DNA of 54,652 bases from Candidatus Onthocola stercorigallinarum (GTDB lineage Bacteria; Bacillota_I; Bacilli_A; RF39; UBA660). This document shows, in pieces, positions 24,300-34,862 of this stretch. The DNA lies in contig DVMD01000079.1 of the NCBI GenBank assembly GCA_018715145.1, positions 1 to 54,652 of the forward strand. The letters are read 5' to 3'. The position numbers and the translations under genes were made by a program. The notes below the pieces were generated by a model that saw only the letters and a program-made list of their open reading frames with translations, ran no database searches and had not been told where the DNA came from. Positions within the stretch are counted from its first letter, which is position 1, and each line of letters begins with the position of its first letter.

Positions 24300-25694
24300 T
24301 TATTTATTTCCCTTATTTAAAATGTCTCTGGCAGCTACTATTCCTGTTGCAGCAGCAGTCACAATATTGCCGGCTTTACCAGCCCCATCACCAACAAAAT
24401 AAATTGCTTCACTCTTAATTTTCATAAAATTATCGGTTTCTATTTCATTTGAGAAAAATTTTATTTCTGGTCCATATAATAATGTTTCATCATTATTAAC
24501 ACCTGGTATTATTTTATCAAGAACTTCTAGACCTTCTAAAATATTGGTAATAATGCGATGTGGCATAACTAAGGCCAGATCTCCTGCTACAACATCTTTT
24601 AGAGTTGGTTCAATAAAGCCTTTTTTTATTCTTGATTCGGTACTTCTTCTTCCTCTTCTTAAATCTTTTAGAGTTTGAACTATTGGTTTACCTCCCCCTA
24701 GAGTATTGGCAATTTTAGCAATAGATTCGCCATATTCTCTAGTATTAGTAACTGGTTCAGTTAAATTAACTTTAGAAATAAAAGCAAAATTAGAGTTATT
24801 ACTTTTTTTAGATTTCAAGGCATGACCATTAACACAAATATAACCATAATAATTTTCTTTAGTAACATATCCACCAGGATTAGTACAAAATGTTCTAATT
24901 TCATCATCATAGGTTTTAGTTTTAATAAATATACTTGGGTCATATATAGTACTGGTAATTGAATCTAATATTTCTTTTCTTACCTCTACTCTAACTCCAA
25001 TTTCAATACTTTGCGATACATAGATAAGATTGTGTTTATCCGCTAATTCTTGAACCCATTTAGCACCAGTCCTGCCAGGAGCTATAATGATATTTTTGGT
25101 CTTTATATCATAATCTTTATTTTTAAGTTTAGTATGAACAATATAGTGATCCCTTTCTTTTTCATAGTCTAATGTCTCACAACATTCTAAAATTTCTACC
25201 CCATTAACCCTTAAAAACTCGGTAAAATCAGTAATATATTTAGGCAAGTTATCACTACCTAAATGTTTTTGCTTAATAACAAGTAAATTAGCACCACACT
25301 TGGCAACATTTTCTTTAATCTTTAGTGCTTCATCCATATTACTAGGATAAACCTTACTATCCATACCAAATTTATTAAATATAGTTTCGGTATAATCAAT
25401 TAATTCTTCAGCTTCACTAATACTCATATATTTATATAAATTACTTTTACCAAGTTTAGGTATAAAATTAAGTTTACCATCACTAAAAGTTCCAGCACCA
25501 CCGAAACCCGCCATGATATTACATGGATTACAATTGACACATGGAATTTTTTGCTCATTCATTGGACAATGTCTGTTACTCGCCAAAAATCCTTTATCTA
25601 GTAAAGTTACTTTTAAATCATTATTTTTACTTATTAGTTCAAAGGCCGCAAATAAACCGGCTGGACCAGCTCCTATTATTACTACATCTTGCAT
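24300..25694 (-). CDS. FAD-dependent oxidoreductase (COG2509-like)
   Basis: N-terminal dinucleotide fold VVIIGAGPAGLFAAFEL and C-terminal FVGDGAGKAGNIVTAAATG. Confidence 0.8.
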   Translation of the reverse strand: MQDVVIIGAGPAGLFAAFELISKNNDLKVTLLDKGFLASNRHCPMNEQKIPCVNCNPCNIMAGFGGAGTFSDGKLNFIPKLGKSNLYKYMSISEAEELIDYTETIFNKFGMDSKVYPSNMDEALKIKENVAKCGANLLVIKQKHLGSDNLPKYITDFTEFLRVNGVEILECCETLDYEKERDHYIVHTKLKNKDYDIKTKNIIIAPGRTGAKWVQELADKHNLIYVSQSIEIGVRVEVRKEILDSITSTIYDPSIFIKTKTYDDEIRTFCTNPGGYVTKENYYGYICVNGHALKSKKSNNSNFAFISKVNLTEPVTNTREYGESIAKIANTLGGGKPIVQTLKDLRRGRRSTESRIKKGFIEPTLKDVVAGDLALVMPHRIITNILEGLEVLDKIIPGVNNDETLLYGPEIKFFSNEIETDNFMKIKSEAIYFVGDGAGKAGNIVTAAATGIVAARDILNKGNK

Positions 25695-25864
25695 ACTTCA
25701 TACTCCTTTAATTCAATCACATATCCATTATACATAAACATCTAACAAATAATCAATACATTTTACAGCAATTTGACAATATATTTTAGATATCATCTTG
25801 ATGAAATTCATAAATTTATAGACAAACTAAAATTCCTTTGCTATACTTTAACTAGGTGGTAACT

Positions 25865-26806
25865 ATGAAGAAAACTTTAATTTTAATATTTTTATTTGTA
25901 TTTTTTATTACAGGATGCTCTGATACATCTAATGTTCATAAATTAGATGAACAAGAAAAAGATTCAACTAGTGATATTCTTTTAAAACGCGAAGAAGAAA
26001 GAAATATGAAAGTTATTAGTAAATTACAAACATTACTTAATAAAACTTATAATACTAATTATGCATTTGAATATAATATTAGTTATCCTAATGAAACTTA
26101 TAAATATAATGGCGAAAAATATTATAATGTTATACAGGGAATATACAATGATACTTATGGCTATCAAATAGAAAATCACAAGTTTTATAATTCTAGTACT
26201 TTTGAAGAAACGGAAAGTATATATTATAATTTAAATTATAATTTAATTAATTTAAATGAATATGTATCTAAAATTAATAATGATTATACTTGTACTATGA
26301 GTAATAATATTAGTATATGTGAGGCAATTTTCAAAAATATTTCCATAACATTTTATTATAATGATGATTATATAACAGAAATCTTATTTATTGGTGATAA
26401 TGCTACTTATAATTTAAAATATTCTGATTTTAATAATATTGATCCTATTCCTTTAGTGGAAGATGAAGAAATTAATATAACTTATAATACAACAAACAAT
26501 ATTGAAAAAATCGAAGTAACTGAGGATGTCGACTATCCATATACCATATATAATTATTATGTTGCTAATGCTACAGTTAATATTAATGATGAAGAAAGTG
26601 AAGTTGTTGGTAACATGGAAATATTTAATAATCCTATGTATTATAGAGATTATACTGATAATATAATTGATAAAGTGACTTATAAAAAAGTTGAAGAATA
26701 TATCTATAATGATAACTTTATTATAATAGTAATCAATAATGATATATATTATTTATCTACAATAGAATATGAAGATGAAATTTTATCTCAATACATTGAA
26801 AACTAG
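25865..26806 (+). CDS. Lipoprotein, N/Y-rich, unknown function
   Basis: Signal peptide with lipobox MKKTLILIFLFVFFITGCSD. ATG 25865 follows AGGTGG (25854-25859), so I prefer it to the track GTG at 25856. Confidence 0.75.
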   Translation: MKKTLILIFLFVFFITGCSDTSNVHKLDEQEKDSTSDILLKREEERNMKVISKLQTLLNKTYNTNYAFEYNISYPNETYKYNGEKYYNVIQGIYNDTYGYQIENHKFYNSSTFEETESIYYNLNYNLINLNEYVSKINNDYTCTMSNNISICEAIFKNISITFYYNDDYITEILFIGDNATYNLKYSDFNNIDPIPLVEDEEINITYNTTNNIEKIEVTEDVDYPYTIYNYYVANATVNINDEESEVVGNMEIFNNPMYYRDYTDNIIDKVTYKKVEEYIYNDNFIIIVINNDIYYLSTIEYEDEILSQYIEN

Positions 26807-26824
26807 AGTCAAAGCTCTAGTTTT
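26799..26824. terminator. Bidirectional terminator shared by the convergent lipoprotein gene and valS
   Basis: Perfect 10-bp stem AAAACTAGAG-tcaaag-CTCTAGTTTT with built-in A/T runs. It spans both stop codons. Confidence 0.6.
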
Positions 26825-29336
26825 CTTCCATTAATTTTAACTTTTCTTCTTCTTCCTTTAAAGTCATTCGTTCTTTTTCAACTAACTCTTTTGGTGCTTT
26901 ATTAACATAAGAGGAATTAGCCAGTAATTTTTTTCTTCTTTCAATACTTTGTTTTAAAGATTCAAGTTGTTTTGCTTTTAAATCTCTATCTTCTTCTGAT
27001 AGAACTATTTCATAATATAGATTAATATCATAATCTAAATATTTAACATTAATCTTTTTCTTAGAAGATTCTTTAACTTGTTTTTCAGGAGTAATCTTTA
27101 ATACTTTAAATATTAAATCATAATTATTTTCTTTATTAATACTTACTTCAAAATTACTTCCTATTTTATTTTCTAATTTTACTGTTCTAAAGTTTTTAAT
27201 AAATTCTAACATATTATCTACTTCATTAGTTTCATCTAAATATATTTCCTGCTTATTATATTTTGGATAATGACTTATAATAATACTTTCTTCTTTGATT
27301 GGTAACATGTTATATACTTCATCAGTTACATAAGGCATAAATGGATGTAACATTTTTAATATGTCTGTTAAAACTTTTAATAAAACAGATTTAGTAGTTA
27401 AATTATCTAAATTAAATTTAGCAAATTCAATATAATTATCACAAAAATCATTCCAAACAAAATTGTATATTTCAGATCCAACAATGTTAAATTCATATTT
27501 TTCCATATGTTTGGTTACTGTTTTAATGGTAGTATTAAGTTTAGTTAAAATCCATTTATCTTCTTGTTTTAAATCATCTAGAGTATAATTAGTTTCATTT
27601 AAACTATCAATGTTCATTAAAACAAAACGAGAGGCATTCCAAAGTTTATTGATAAAATTCCAAGAAGCAGCAACTTTATCTTCATCATATCTTAAATCCA
27701 TACCTGCAGCAGAAGAAGTTGCTAAGAAATATCTTAGGGCATCTGCGCCATATTTTTCAATGACATCCATAGGATCAACACCATTACCTAAAGATTTACT
27801 CATCTTTCTTCCTTCTTTATCACGAATAAGTCCATGAATTAAGCAGTCTTTAAATGGTCTTTGTCCCGTAAAATGTAAGCCTTGGAAAGTCATTCTATTT
27901 ACCCAAAATGGAATAATATCATAACCAGTTACTAAAACATTATTAGGATAAAACTTTTCATAATCTTTAGTGTAATCCGGCCAACCTAGAGTAGAAAATG
28001 GCCATAAAGCACTACTAAACCAAGTATCAAGTACATCTGGATCTTGTACCCAATCATCATCAGGAGCAGTATCTCCAACATATACTTCATCACCTTTATA
28101 CCAAGCCGGAATTCTATGTCCCCACCAAAGTTGTCTTGATATACACCAATCATAAGTTATTTCCATCCAATGATTCATTATTTTTTCAAATCTCACTGGG
28201 ACAAAATTTACTTTGGTATCTTTATTTTTTTGGTTTTCGAGTACAGCATCTGCTAAAGGGCGCATTTTAACGAACCATTGTTTAGATAGGAATGGTTCAA
28301 TCATTACGCCACTTCTTTCACTATGACCCACATTATGAGTAATTTCTTTAACACTAATTAATAATCCTTCTTTTTCTAAATCTTTTACAACCGCATCCCG
28401 ACAGGCAAATCTATCAAGTCCTTCGTATTTGCCGGCGTTAGCATTCATGGTGCCATCCGGATTCATGACAACTACTCTTTCTAAATTATGTCTGTTTCCA
28501 ACCTCAAAGTCATTAGGATCATGAGCTGGAGTTATTTTAACAATACCTGTGCCAAATTCTGGGTCCGCATGTTCATCACCAATTATCGGAATCATTTTAT
28601 TAACTAGAGGCAAAATTACCATTTTACCAATTAATTTATTGTATCTGTTATCGCTCGGATTAACAGCAACTGCCGTATCTCCAAATAGAGTTTCGGGACG
28701 AGTTGTGGCAACTTCTAAGTAATCTTTTGTTCCTGCGATAAAGTATTTTATGTGATAAAATGCTCCTTTTGTTTCTTTATAAATAACTTCTTCATTAGAT
28801 AGTGCCGTCATAGCTAAAGGATCCCAATTGATGATTCTCTCACCTCGGTAAATTAATCCTTCGGCATAAAGTGTTTTAAATACATGATTTACCGCTTTAT
28901 TTAAGCCTTCATCAAGAGTAAATCTTTCTTTAGAATAGCACAAAGAAAGCCCAAGTTTTGCCCATTGTTTATGAATATTATCGGCATATTCATCTTTCCA
29001 ATCCCAGGCATATTTTAACCACTCTTCTCTTGACAGGCTTCTCGGATTTATGCCCATACTTTTTAGTTTAGCATCAACCTTAGCTTGCGTTGCAATACCT
29101 GCATGATCCATGCCCGGTAACCACATGGCATTATATCCTTGCATTCTTTTAAATCTTATAATTATATCTTGAAGAGTTGTATCCCAAGCATGACCTAAAT
29201 GAAGTTTTCCTGTAACATTTGGTGGTGGTATAACTATGGCATAGGGTTGTAAACCTTCCCTTTCTTCAAAATACTTAAGCCAAGTTTCATATTTTCCTTC
29301 TTCAACTATTAAATGATTATATTTTTTATCTAACAC
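26817..29336 (-). CDS. valS: Valyl-tRNA synthetase
   Basis: Class I HIGH motif [19 protein letters not shown] motif [10 protein letters not shown], ValRS-like editing domain and C-terminal coiled coil. Confidence 0.95.
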   Translation of the reverse strand: MLDKKYNHLIVEEGKYETWLKYFEEREGLQPYAIVIPPPNVTGKLHLGHAWDTTLQDIIIRFKRMQGYNAMWLPGMDHAGIATQAKVDAKLKSMGINPRSLSREEWLKYAWDWKDEYADNIHKQWAKLGLSLCYSKERFTLDEGLNKAVNHVFKTLYAEGLIYRGERIINWDPLAMTALSNEEVIYKETKGAFYHIKYFIAGTKDYLEVATTRPETLFGDTAVAVNPSDNRYNKLIGKMVILPLVNKMIPIIGDEHADPEFGTGIVKITPAHDPNDFEVGNRHNLERVVVMNPDGTMNANAGKYEGLDRFACRDAVVKDLEKEGLLISVKEITHNVGHSERSGVMIEPFLSKQWFVKMRPLADAVLENQKNKDTKVNFVPVRFEKIMNHWMEITYDWCISRQLWWGHRIPAWYKGDEVYVGDTAPDDDWVQDPDVLDTWFSSALWPFSTLGWPDYTKDYEKFYPNNVLVTGYDIIPFWVNRMTFQGLHFTGQRPFKDCLIHGLIRDKEGRKMSKSLGNGVDPMDVIEKYGADALRYFLATSSAAGMDLRYDEDKVAASWNFINKLWNASRFVLMNIDSLNETNYTLDDLKQEDKWILTKLNTTIKTVTKHMEKYEFNIVGSEIYNFVWNDFCDNYIEFAKFNLDNLTTKSVLLKVLTDILKMLHPFMPYVTDEVYNMLPIKEESIIISHYPKYNKQEIYLDETNEVDNMLEFIKNFRTVKLENKIGSNFEVSINKENNYDLIFKVLKITPEKQVKESSKKKINVKYLDYDINLYYEIVLSEEDRDLKAKQLESLKQSIERRKKLLANSSYVNKAPKELVEKERMTLKEEEEKLKLMEEN

Positions 29337-30006
29337 GCTTTTTCCTTCTTTCTAAATTGAATTTTACTTCTCTATTTTTAAGTTCTATTTTATCATCTGC
29401 TAAAATAATTATTTCATCTTCTAAATCCTGATTAATGACTCGAAATTTATAAAATCCAGTAGTATTTTGATAAAATTCTCCAAGGACAGGTACAGGATTA
29501 ACAATGTTTCTTGTTATATATTTACCATCAGTTCTTTGATGATGAATATAAGTAGAATGAAATAACAATAGTATTTTCCCTTTTGCAGCCATATTTTCAA
29601 CAAATCTTTGAACATTCTTTTTTTCTGATATTTGTTCATAATATTTTTGAACATTCATAGAAACGAATTTTTCATAATCGGCATCATCTGCAAATGAATA
29701 AAAATCTAGCCCTTCTAAAAATGTTTCAAAGCCTTTGGGAATGAGTGCTAAATATGTATGACAAAAATAATTTATATAGTTACCTTTATCTATAGCATAA
29801 AAAATTGCAAACTCTTTAAATGTATATTTTGAATTAGGATTATTTTTAAAATGTTCTTTATATGCAATTGCATCTGGTTCAAACAATTTTAAAACTTCAG
29901 TAGCATTTGTATCTTGTATATTAGTTCCGTTATTTAATGAATTTAAAACTATCTCAATTCTCTCTTCAACATTTGAAACAAAACTTAATTTAAAACCATC
30001 ATCCAT
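29326..30006 (-). CDS. Hypothetical protein (226 aa) between the T-box leader and valS
   Basis: The track ORF runs to 30126, but its first 40 codons read through the T-box terminator. The likely start is ATG 30006 (MDDGFKL) or 30024. Its 3' end overlaps the valS start by 11 nt. Confidence 0.6.
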   Translation of the reverse strand: MDDGFKLSFVSNVEERIEIVLNSLNNGTNIQDTNATEVLKLFEPDAIAYKEHFKNNPNSKYTFKEFAIFYAIDKGNYINYFCHTYLALIPKGFETFLEGLDFYSFADDADYEKFVSMNVQKYYEQISEKKNVQRFVENMAAKGKILLLFHSTYIHHQRTDGKYITRNIVNPVPVLGEFYQNTTGFYKFRVINQDLEDEIIILADDKIELKNREVKFNLERRKKRVR

Positions 30007-30029
30007 AAAACTTAAACCTCTCATAATAA

Positions 30030-30215
30030 AAAGGATAGTACAAGGAGTCTTACGACGGTACCATCCTTTATTTAACTTAATTGTTTTAACGCACTTCTGC
30101 GGTATTCCTCTATTTGCAACCTTCAAATAACCCTAATTTTAGTTTCCACCAACCACTAAATCTCTCTGATTAGGCATTATTTTACTCCTCAAATGTCTTC
30201 GAAATATAAACATAT
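30030..30215 (-). promoter_or_regulatory. T-box riboswitch leader (probable Val specifier GUU)
   Basis: On the minus strand I see an AGAGAG bulge, the distal hairpin TTTAGT-ggttggtggaa-ACTAAA and the stem CCTAAT/ATTAGG. The specifier-loop candidate is GAAG-GUU-G (forward 30118-30120). The T-box sequence is AAATAAAGGATGGTACCGTCG. The terminator is AAGGATGGTAC...GTACTATCCTTTTTATT. Confidence 0.7.
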
Positions 30216-30228
30216 TTTACCAAATTAT

Positions 30229-31152
30229 TTAATCAAGCGCAATAGTATTATGCAAATTTCCATCAAGCATTATATCTATTCCATTATCACTTTTTACAAA
30301 ATCTATTTCTTCATAGTTTGGTAAAGTAATATTTTGAGTAATTGTATTACTGCTATCTCGATAAACTAATAAATTATTAATATTACTAACAATTAAAGTA
30401 TAGTTATCTATTGTTGCAACATAACTTTTTATTATATTACTAAATATTTCTTCACCATTATAATTATATATATGATATCCATCTGTATAAGTTATGTAAT
30501 AATCATCATTAAAATCTACTATTTCTTCATTAACAGTAATAAGAGCATTATTTTCAAGAACATCAACTATTTGCCAAACATCATCATTATTTACTATAAT
30601 TTTGGATCCATCTAGAATGTGATCACTAGTTAAATGATTAGGTAGAGCAACATAATTGAAATTACTATCTAATACTGCAACAATGCCATTTTCACTTAAT
30701 TGAATTACTCTCCAGACATCACCAATTTGAGCAAACATTAAATTATTAGTATTAGCAATATTATAAGTTTTAATAGCATCATACTCCGCTAGTTTAACAT
30801 TTAAATTATAATCGTAGATAATTATTTTATCTCCTTCAGTAAATATTGCCTGAACACTACTTATAATTGGTTCTATTTCTTCAGTACCATATTTATAGTA
30901 ATTGGTATGATACTCTGTATCATTAATTGTTGTAACTACATTTGAGCAATTATTACATGGATAGGTATTTATTAATTCATTATTATAATAGAAATATACT
31001 TTATTATTATAAATAAATTCATGATTAGGATTATCATCTATTACTACATTATCATCTTGGTTATTGATATGTCTATAAGTTCCAATAACTGCTAAAGGAA
31101 CAAATATAACTAGTAATACAATTATAACTACTAAAGTTTTCTTATCATACAT
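30229..31152 (-). CDS. Membrane-anchored extracellular protein (307 aa), repeat-containing
   Basis: N-terminal TM segment LVVIIVLLVIFVPLAVIG. The ectodomain has repeated Y-x-Y/N-G strands (YHIYNYNGEEIF). Confidence 0.7.
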   Translation of the reverse strand: MYDKKTLVVIIVLLVIFVPLAVIGTYRHINNQDDNVVIDDNPNHEFIYNNKVYFYYNNELINTYPCNNCSNVVTTINDTEYHTNYYKYGTEEIEPIISSVQAIFTEGDKIIIYDYNLNVKLAEYDAIKTYNIANTNNLMFAQIGDVWRVIQLSENGIVAVLDSNFNYVALPNHLTSDHILDGSKIIVNNDDVWQIVDVLENNALITVNEEIVDFNDDYYITYTDGYHIYNYNGEEIFSNIIKSYVATIDNYTLIVSNINNLLVYRDSSNTITQNITLPNYEEIDFVKSDNGIDIMLDGNLHNTIALD

Positions 31153-31159
31153 AATATCA

Positions 31160-33283
31160 CTATCCTATATATATTTCTGTTACTTCTTTTGTACCATTAA
31201 TTGTATGTGTAAGTGATAATACATTACCACTTCTTAGACCATAACTTATTTCATTAGGTATGTCTTTGCCATCAATATATAGATTTAAGTCTTCTGCTAA
31301 ATTGGTATCACCATGAGCAAAAGTATATACTCCTATTTTATTTTCTGTATCTACAGTAATATAATAAGTATCTTCAAGAATTATATATTTACTACTCTTA
31401 ATTATTGGTCCATCTAAACTATAGATAGTATATTCCTCACCAGCATTAACTAAAATATAATTACCCTTATAATCAACTATTTCATTTTTAGTTTCAATAT
31501 TTTCAGTTATTTCATCACCATCAGCATTATATAGATGATATGTACCATTACTTCTTTTAAATAAGTAATTATCTCCAAGCATTTTAACTTCAGTATTGGT
31601 ATCACCATTATCTTGTCTAAAGGCAATAACACCACTTACATTACTAGTTTCGATATTGATTAAACCATAGGAATCACTAGTATTTTTAGCAAGTACTAAA
31701 GTTCCAGCAGTTTCAACAAAACTAATATTTAATTCATCGCTATATACTCTAGCATCTACCTCTTTGTAAGTTGCTAATTTTTTATTATTTTTTAAATCAT
31801 ATAATATGATATTATCATTAGCATTAGGTCTTGATGTATCAGTTATAAAGACAAATCTTTCATTATATATTGGTAAGTAACCGACATTAACATCTTCACT
31901 AGTATTTAACACTTTAGTTTCTTTAGCAATAAAGCAGTTTTGAAGCTCTGTAGATTCACTTGTAACATCATTAGCATAACTACAAGCATAACTTCCTAAT
32001 ACTTCTTGCTTTTCTTCATCGGCATAGAAATATAATTTTCCTTGAAAATAACTAATATATGCCATATTTTTACTAAATGTGCTTTCTGCTAGTTTAAGGT
32101 CCGTATATTCACCATCATGTTCAATTCTAAAATTACCATTTTCCACATAAGCATTAAAAGCTTCTTCTTTACCAGTTTGAACTGATTCATCATTAAATAT
32201 AAGTCTGGTATTATAAGAATTACTATCAATTCTTACTCCTTCTAGGTTAAGAGGATAAACATCACTATCAAAGGCATACAATCTTCTATTATCAGCAGCA
32301 ACTATATAATTATCTACAAATCTAATATAATCATAGGCATCTTCTCTTTGTCTTATACCTTCATAATTATAAATGTAATAATCACCATCAATTTCTACAC
32401 TTATATGTTTACTATTGAAGTTTTTAATTTCTCCCGGGATATTATCACTTAATTCTTCACCATCCATACTTAGTAAAATATAATTATTGTTATTAGCTCC
32501 AACTATTGCACTAGATTCTAAAATATATCCTAAATAATCATAGTTAAAGGCTATAGTCTCTTCAATTTCCCCAGATAAGTCTAATACTCCATAATTTTCA
32601 TCTAGATCTTTAGCAATTACTTTTTCTTCATTAATTTCTTTAACTAATTCATATTCTCCAACATTTTCATTGTTTTCTAAATCATATAATATGACATTAC
32701 CATCTTCTTTAGTAGTATTATCATATATAAATACATATTTATCATTAAATATATCACTTCTTATATCAACAGGAACCCCATTTTCATACACTCTTTTATT
32801 TGTATCAAAATCATCTTCATTACTATAATAAGCAACATAACATAATTCTTCATTTTTATTAGTACATTCATATGTTCCTAATTCATTTTTTTCAGCATCA
32901 ATAATTACTAAAAATCCATCTTCATAACGATAATTATCTTTTTCAACAATTACTACTGGATCTTCAGGCCTTTTTTCTTCTGGTGTTCTATCTCTAAAAA
33001 CAAAGAAATATAAAAGCACACCAATTATAATTAGTAAAACAAGTACTATACTAACAATTATAATAATTCTAGTTTTTTTAGGTAACATACTCCATTTACT
33101 TGGTTTCTTTACTTTTTTATCTTTCTTTTTAGATTTATCATTGTCTTCAATTTCTTTTAAATCATATTGGGTTTTAGTTATTTCTTCATTTTCATCAATT
33201 TCAACTATTTCATTAGTATTAGCATTTTCTTCTTCATTTTTAATTTCATCAATTATATCTTTATCTAGCATAAATACCTCCAT
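31160..33283 (-). CDS. Membrane-anchored extracellular repeat protein (707 aa)
   Basis: Acidic and basic N-terminal region followed by a TM segment IIIIVSIVLVLLIIIGVLLYFFVF. It has many beta-propeller-like repeats (YIYNYEGI, HLYNADGDEI, IYSLDGPII) and resembles the neighbouring 307-aa protein. Confidence 0.75.
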   Translation of the reverse strand: MEVFMLDKDIIDEIKNEEENANTNEIVEIDENEEITKTQYDLKEIEDNDKSKKKDKKVKKPSKWSMLPKKTRIIIIVSIVLVLLIIIGVLLYFFVFRDRTPEEKRPEDPVVIVEKDNYRYEDGFLVIIDAEKNELGTYECTNKNEELCYVAYYSNEDDFDTNKRVYENGVPVDIRSDIFNDKYVFIYDNTTKEDGNVILYDLENNENVGEYELVKEINEEKVIAKDLDENYGVLDLSGEIEETIAFNYDYLGYILESSAIVGANNNNYILLSMDGEELSDNIPGEIKNFNSKHISVEIDGDYYIYNYEGIRQREDAYDYIRFVDNYIVAADNRRLYAFDSDVYPLNLEGVRIDSNSYNTRLIFNDESVQTGKEEAFNAYVENGNFRIEHDGEYTDLKLAESTFSKNMAYISYFQGKLYFYADEEKQEVLGSYACSYANDVTSESTELQNCFIAKETKVLNTSEDVNVGYLPIYNERFVFITDTSRPNANDNIILYDLKNNKKLATYKEVDARVYSDELNISFVETAGTLVLAKNTSDSYGLINIETSNVSGVIAFRQDNGDTNTEVKMLGDNYLFKRSNGTYHLYNADGDEITENIETKNEIVDYKGNYILVNAGEEYTIYSLDGPIIKSSKYIILEDTYYITVDTENKIGVYTFAHGDTNLAEDLNLYIDGKDIPNEISYGLRSGNVLSLTHTINGTKEVTEIYIG

Positions 33284-33330
33284 CTACTATAAAAAAATTA
33301 TAGCATAAATAAAGATAATTATCAATTTAA

Positions 33331-33350
33331 AAAAGCACTAATGTGCTTTT
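33331..33350 (-). terminator. Terminator after the 293-aa gene
   Basis: AAAAGCAC-taat-GTGCTTTT, with T-run continuation on the minus strand. Confidence 0.5.
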
Positions 33351-34230
33351 AGTTGTTATTTTTAAAATTTTGATACCAATTATTTAATTTATCTTTGGCA
33401 CTGTTCCACAAACTAGATGATACATCTCCGATAAAATTAATGGCATTTTTAGTATAATACACAAGTTCATCTTTAGCATCAATAATACTTTGATAATTAT
33501 CTTCCCCTAGTTTCTCTCTGGCAAAATCATTTAAATCATTAGCGCCCTTTTTAATTATTTCGCTAGCTTTATTAAAAGCATTACTTGCTTTATCACTAAT
33601 AGTTTCTTTATATCCTGGAAATTTATTTTCAATAGCACTATCTATACTACTAGCAATTTCTAATACTTTCTTTTTACCACTATCACTTAGTTCATCAAAA
33701 GTAACACCATTAATCTCACCATCATAAAATAGAAAATCAACAACACTTATAAATGTTGCTTTAGCACTATCTTTAAAACTAGAAGTAACTTCACTACTTC
33801 TTACAGTACTTAAAGTATCATTTAAACTATTAATTACTTCAGTATCTTTATCACTGTATGTAATAGTATTACTATTATTTGTGTTAGTATTATTAGTATT
33901 GGTATTGGTATTATTTATTATTTCTTCTTTTTTATCAATTATACTCTCATTTACTTTATCTTTATTTATAGTTGTATTATCCTTTACAGTATCTTTAAAT
34001 TCTTCCATTTCATCTGATACTATATTATCTTCACTAACTTTATTTTCTTCATTACTTACAGTATCATTAGTTACTTTGTTACTTGTTTTATTATCACTAA
34101 TACTCGCGCTTATATCACTACTTTTATATTCTTTTTTTTCTATTATATTAAAAGTAATTACTAATCCAATAGCTAAAAATATAACACCACCAAGAATTAC
34201 AATAAGATTTTCTTTTTTCATATACAACAC
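33349..34230 (-). CDS. Membrane-anchored protein with N/T-rich low-complexity spacer and helical C-terminal domain
   Basis: TM segment LIVILGGVIFLAIGLVITFNII and an NTNTNTNNTNTNNSNT tract. Confidence 0.7.
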   Translation of the reverse strand: MLYMKKENLIVILGGVIFLAIGLVITFNIIEKKEYKSSDISASISDNKTSNKVTNDTVSNEENKVSEDNIVSDEMEEFKDTVKDNTTINKDKVNESIIDKKEEIINNTNTNTNNTNTNNSNTITYSDKDTEVINSLNDTLSTVRSSEVTSSFKDSAKATFISVVDFLFYDGEINGVTFDELSDSGKKKVLEIASSIDSAIENKFPGYKETISDKASNAFNKASEIIKKGANDLNDFAREKLGEDNYQSIIDAKDELVYYTKNAINFIGDVSSSLWNSAKDKLNNWYQNFKNNN

Positions 34231-34292
34231 CTATATATATTATATAGCAAATAGTATATTTTTTCAATTATCTTCAACTACTATTTTTTATT

Positions 34293-34323
34293 AAAAAAAC
34301 TTAGTTATATTGCAAACTAAGTT
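34293..34323 (-). terminator. Rho-independent terminator after the 57-codon ORF
   Basis: Perfect 9-bp stem AACTTAGTT-atattgca-AACTAAGTT. The forward A7 run (34293-34299) is a U-tract on the minus strand. Confidence 0.55.
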
Positions 34324-34328
34324 AGTGT

Positions 34329-34502
34329 TTATTCAACAGTTTGAACTAAGTCTGATATCACAATGGTTTTTGATACTAATAACTCTTTTTGAGTTTGATT
34401 TTGAACAATTATTGTATAAGTATGGTTTAAAAATGCATTAATTCCTACTGAAGTTAAACTAGTAAAGTCCCAACCATCAAAATTTAATAAATTTATAGTC
34501 AT
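34329..34502 (-). CDS. Short ORF (57 aa), possibly a gene remnant
   Basis: Hand-translated: MTINLLNFDGWDFTSLTSVGINAFLNHTYTIIVQNQTQKELLVSKTIVISDLVQTVE. GGAGG lies 16 nt upstream of the ATG, which is poor spacing. Terminators flank the ORF on both sides. Confidence 0.2.
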   Translation of the reverse strand: MTINLLNFDGWDFTSLTSVGINAFLNHTYTIIVQNQTQKELLVSKTIVISDLVQTVE

Positions 34503-34556
34503 ATTACCAAAGGCACTGCCTCCAATTAGGTACCCCTATTTTTTCCCATTCTACCC

Positions 34557-34579
34557 AAAAAAATCAACCGTTCGGTTGA
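34557..34579 (-). terminator. Rho-independent terminator (minus strand) inside the large intergenic gap
   Basis: TCAACC-gttc-GGTTGA. The forward A7 run (34557-34563) gives a U-tract on the minus strand. Confidence 0.45.
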
Positions 34580-34703
34580 AAATTATACAATTTTTGACAG
34601 AAACCAAAAATTGTTGAAATTAAGATTTTATTTTACTCCTATAATTTATCTCATACTTCTTTATGTTCTTTTGCTAATTTTATTCTTTCTAATTTAATAT
34701 TTT

Positions 34704-34730
34704 TGTCGAACCATGTCTAGTTTTGTCGAA
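34704..34730 (+). promoter_or_regulatory. Three 10-bp-phased Spo0A-type (0A box) heptamers
   Basis: TGTCGAA (34704-34710), TGTCTAG (34714-34720) and TGTCGAA (34724-34730). The 0A box consensus is TGNCGAA. Box, 3-bp spacer, box is the known tandem arrangement. Confidence 0.5.
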
Positions 34731-34734
34731 TCGC

Positions 34735-34762
34735 TTGCAATATCAAAATTTTTCTTTATAAT
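34735..34762 (+). promoter_or_regulatory. SigmaA-type promoter immediately downstream of the 0A boxes
   Basis: TTGCAA (34735-34740), a 16-nt spacer, then TATAAT (34757-34762). Confidence 0.5.
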
Positions 34763-34862
34763 AGATAACTGTTACCTGTATTGGTGAGGCATCGTGTTGT
34801 CCAACTTTCCTCCTTCTTTGGGGGTTAAGGAAGGTTATCCTGTAAAGGAGCGTGATAATGCA

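Noticed and set aside
30007-30126. First 40 codons of the track ORF 29326..30126
   Set aside because: These codons read straight through the T-box sequence and its terminator hairpin. This is a translation artefact of the leader RNA.
33868-33915. Short-period GTATTA/GTATTG-type repeats that could suggest a repeat array
   Set aside because: They are the coding sequence of the NTNTNTNN low-complexity tract of the 293-aa protein. There are no spacers, so this is not a CRISPR array.
34702-34720. Reading the TGTCGAAC-N-ATGTC motif as a Gram-positive LexA (Cheo) box, CGAAC-N4-GTTCG
   Set aside because: The second half-site is TCGA/TCTA rather than GTTC, so the dyad is missing. The elements are direct repeats with 10-bp phasing, which fits tandem 0A boxes better.
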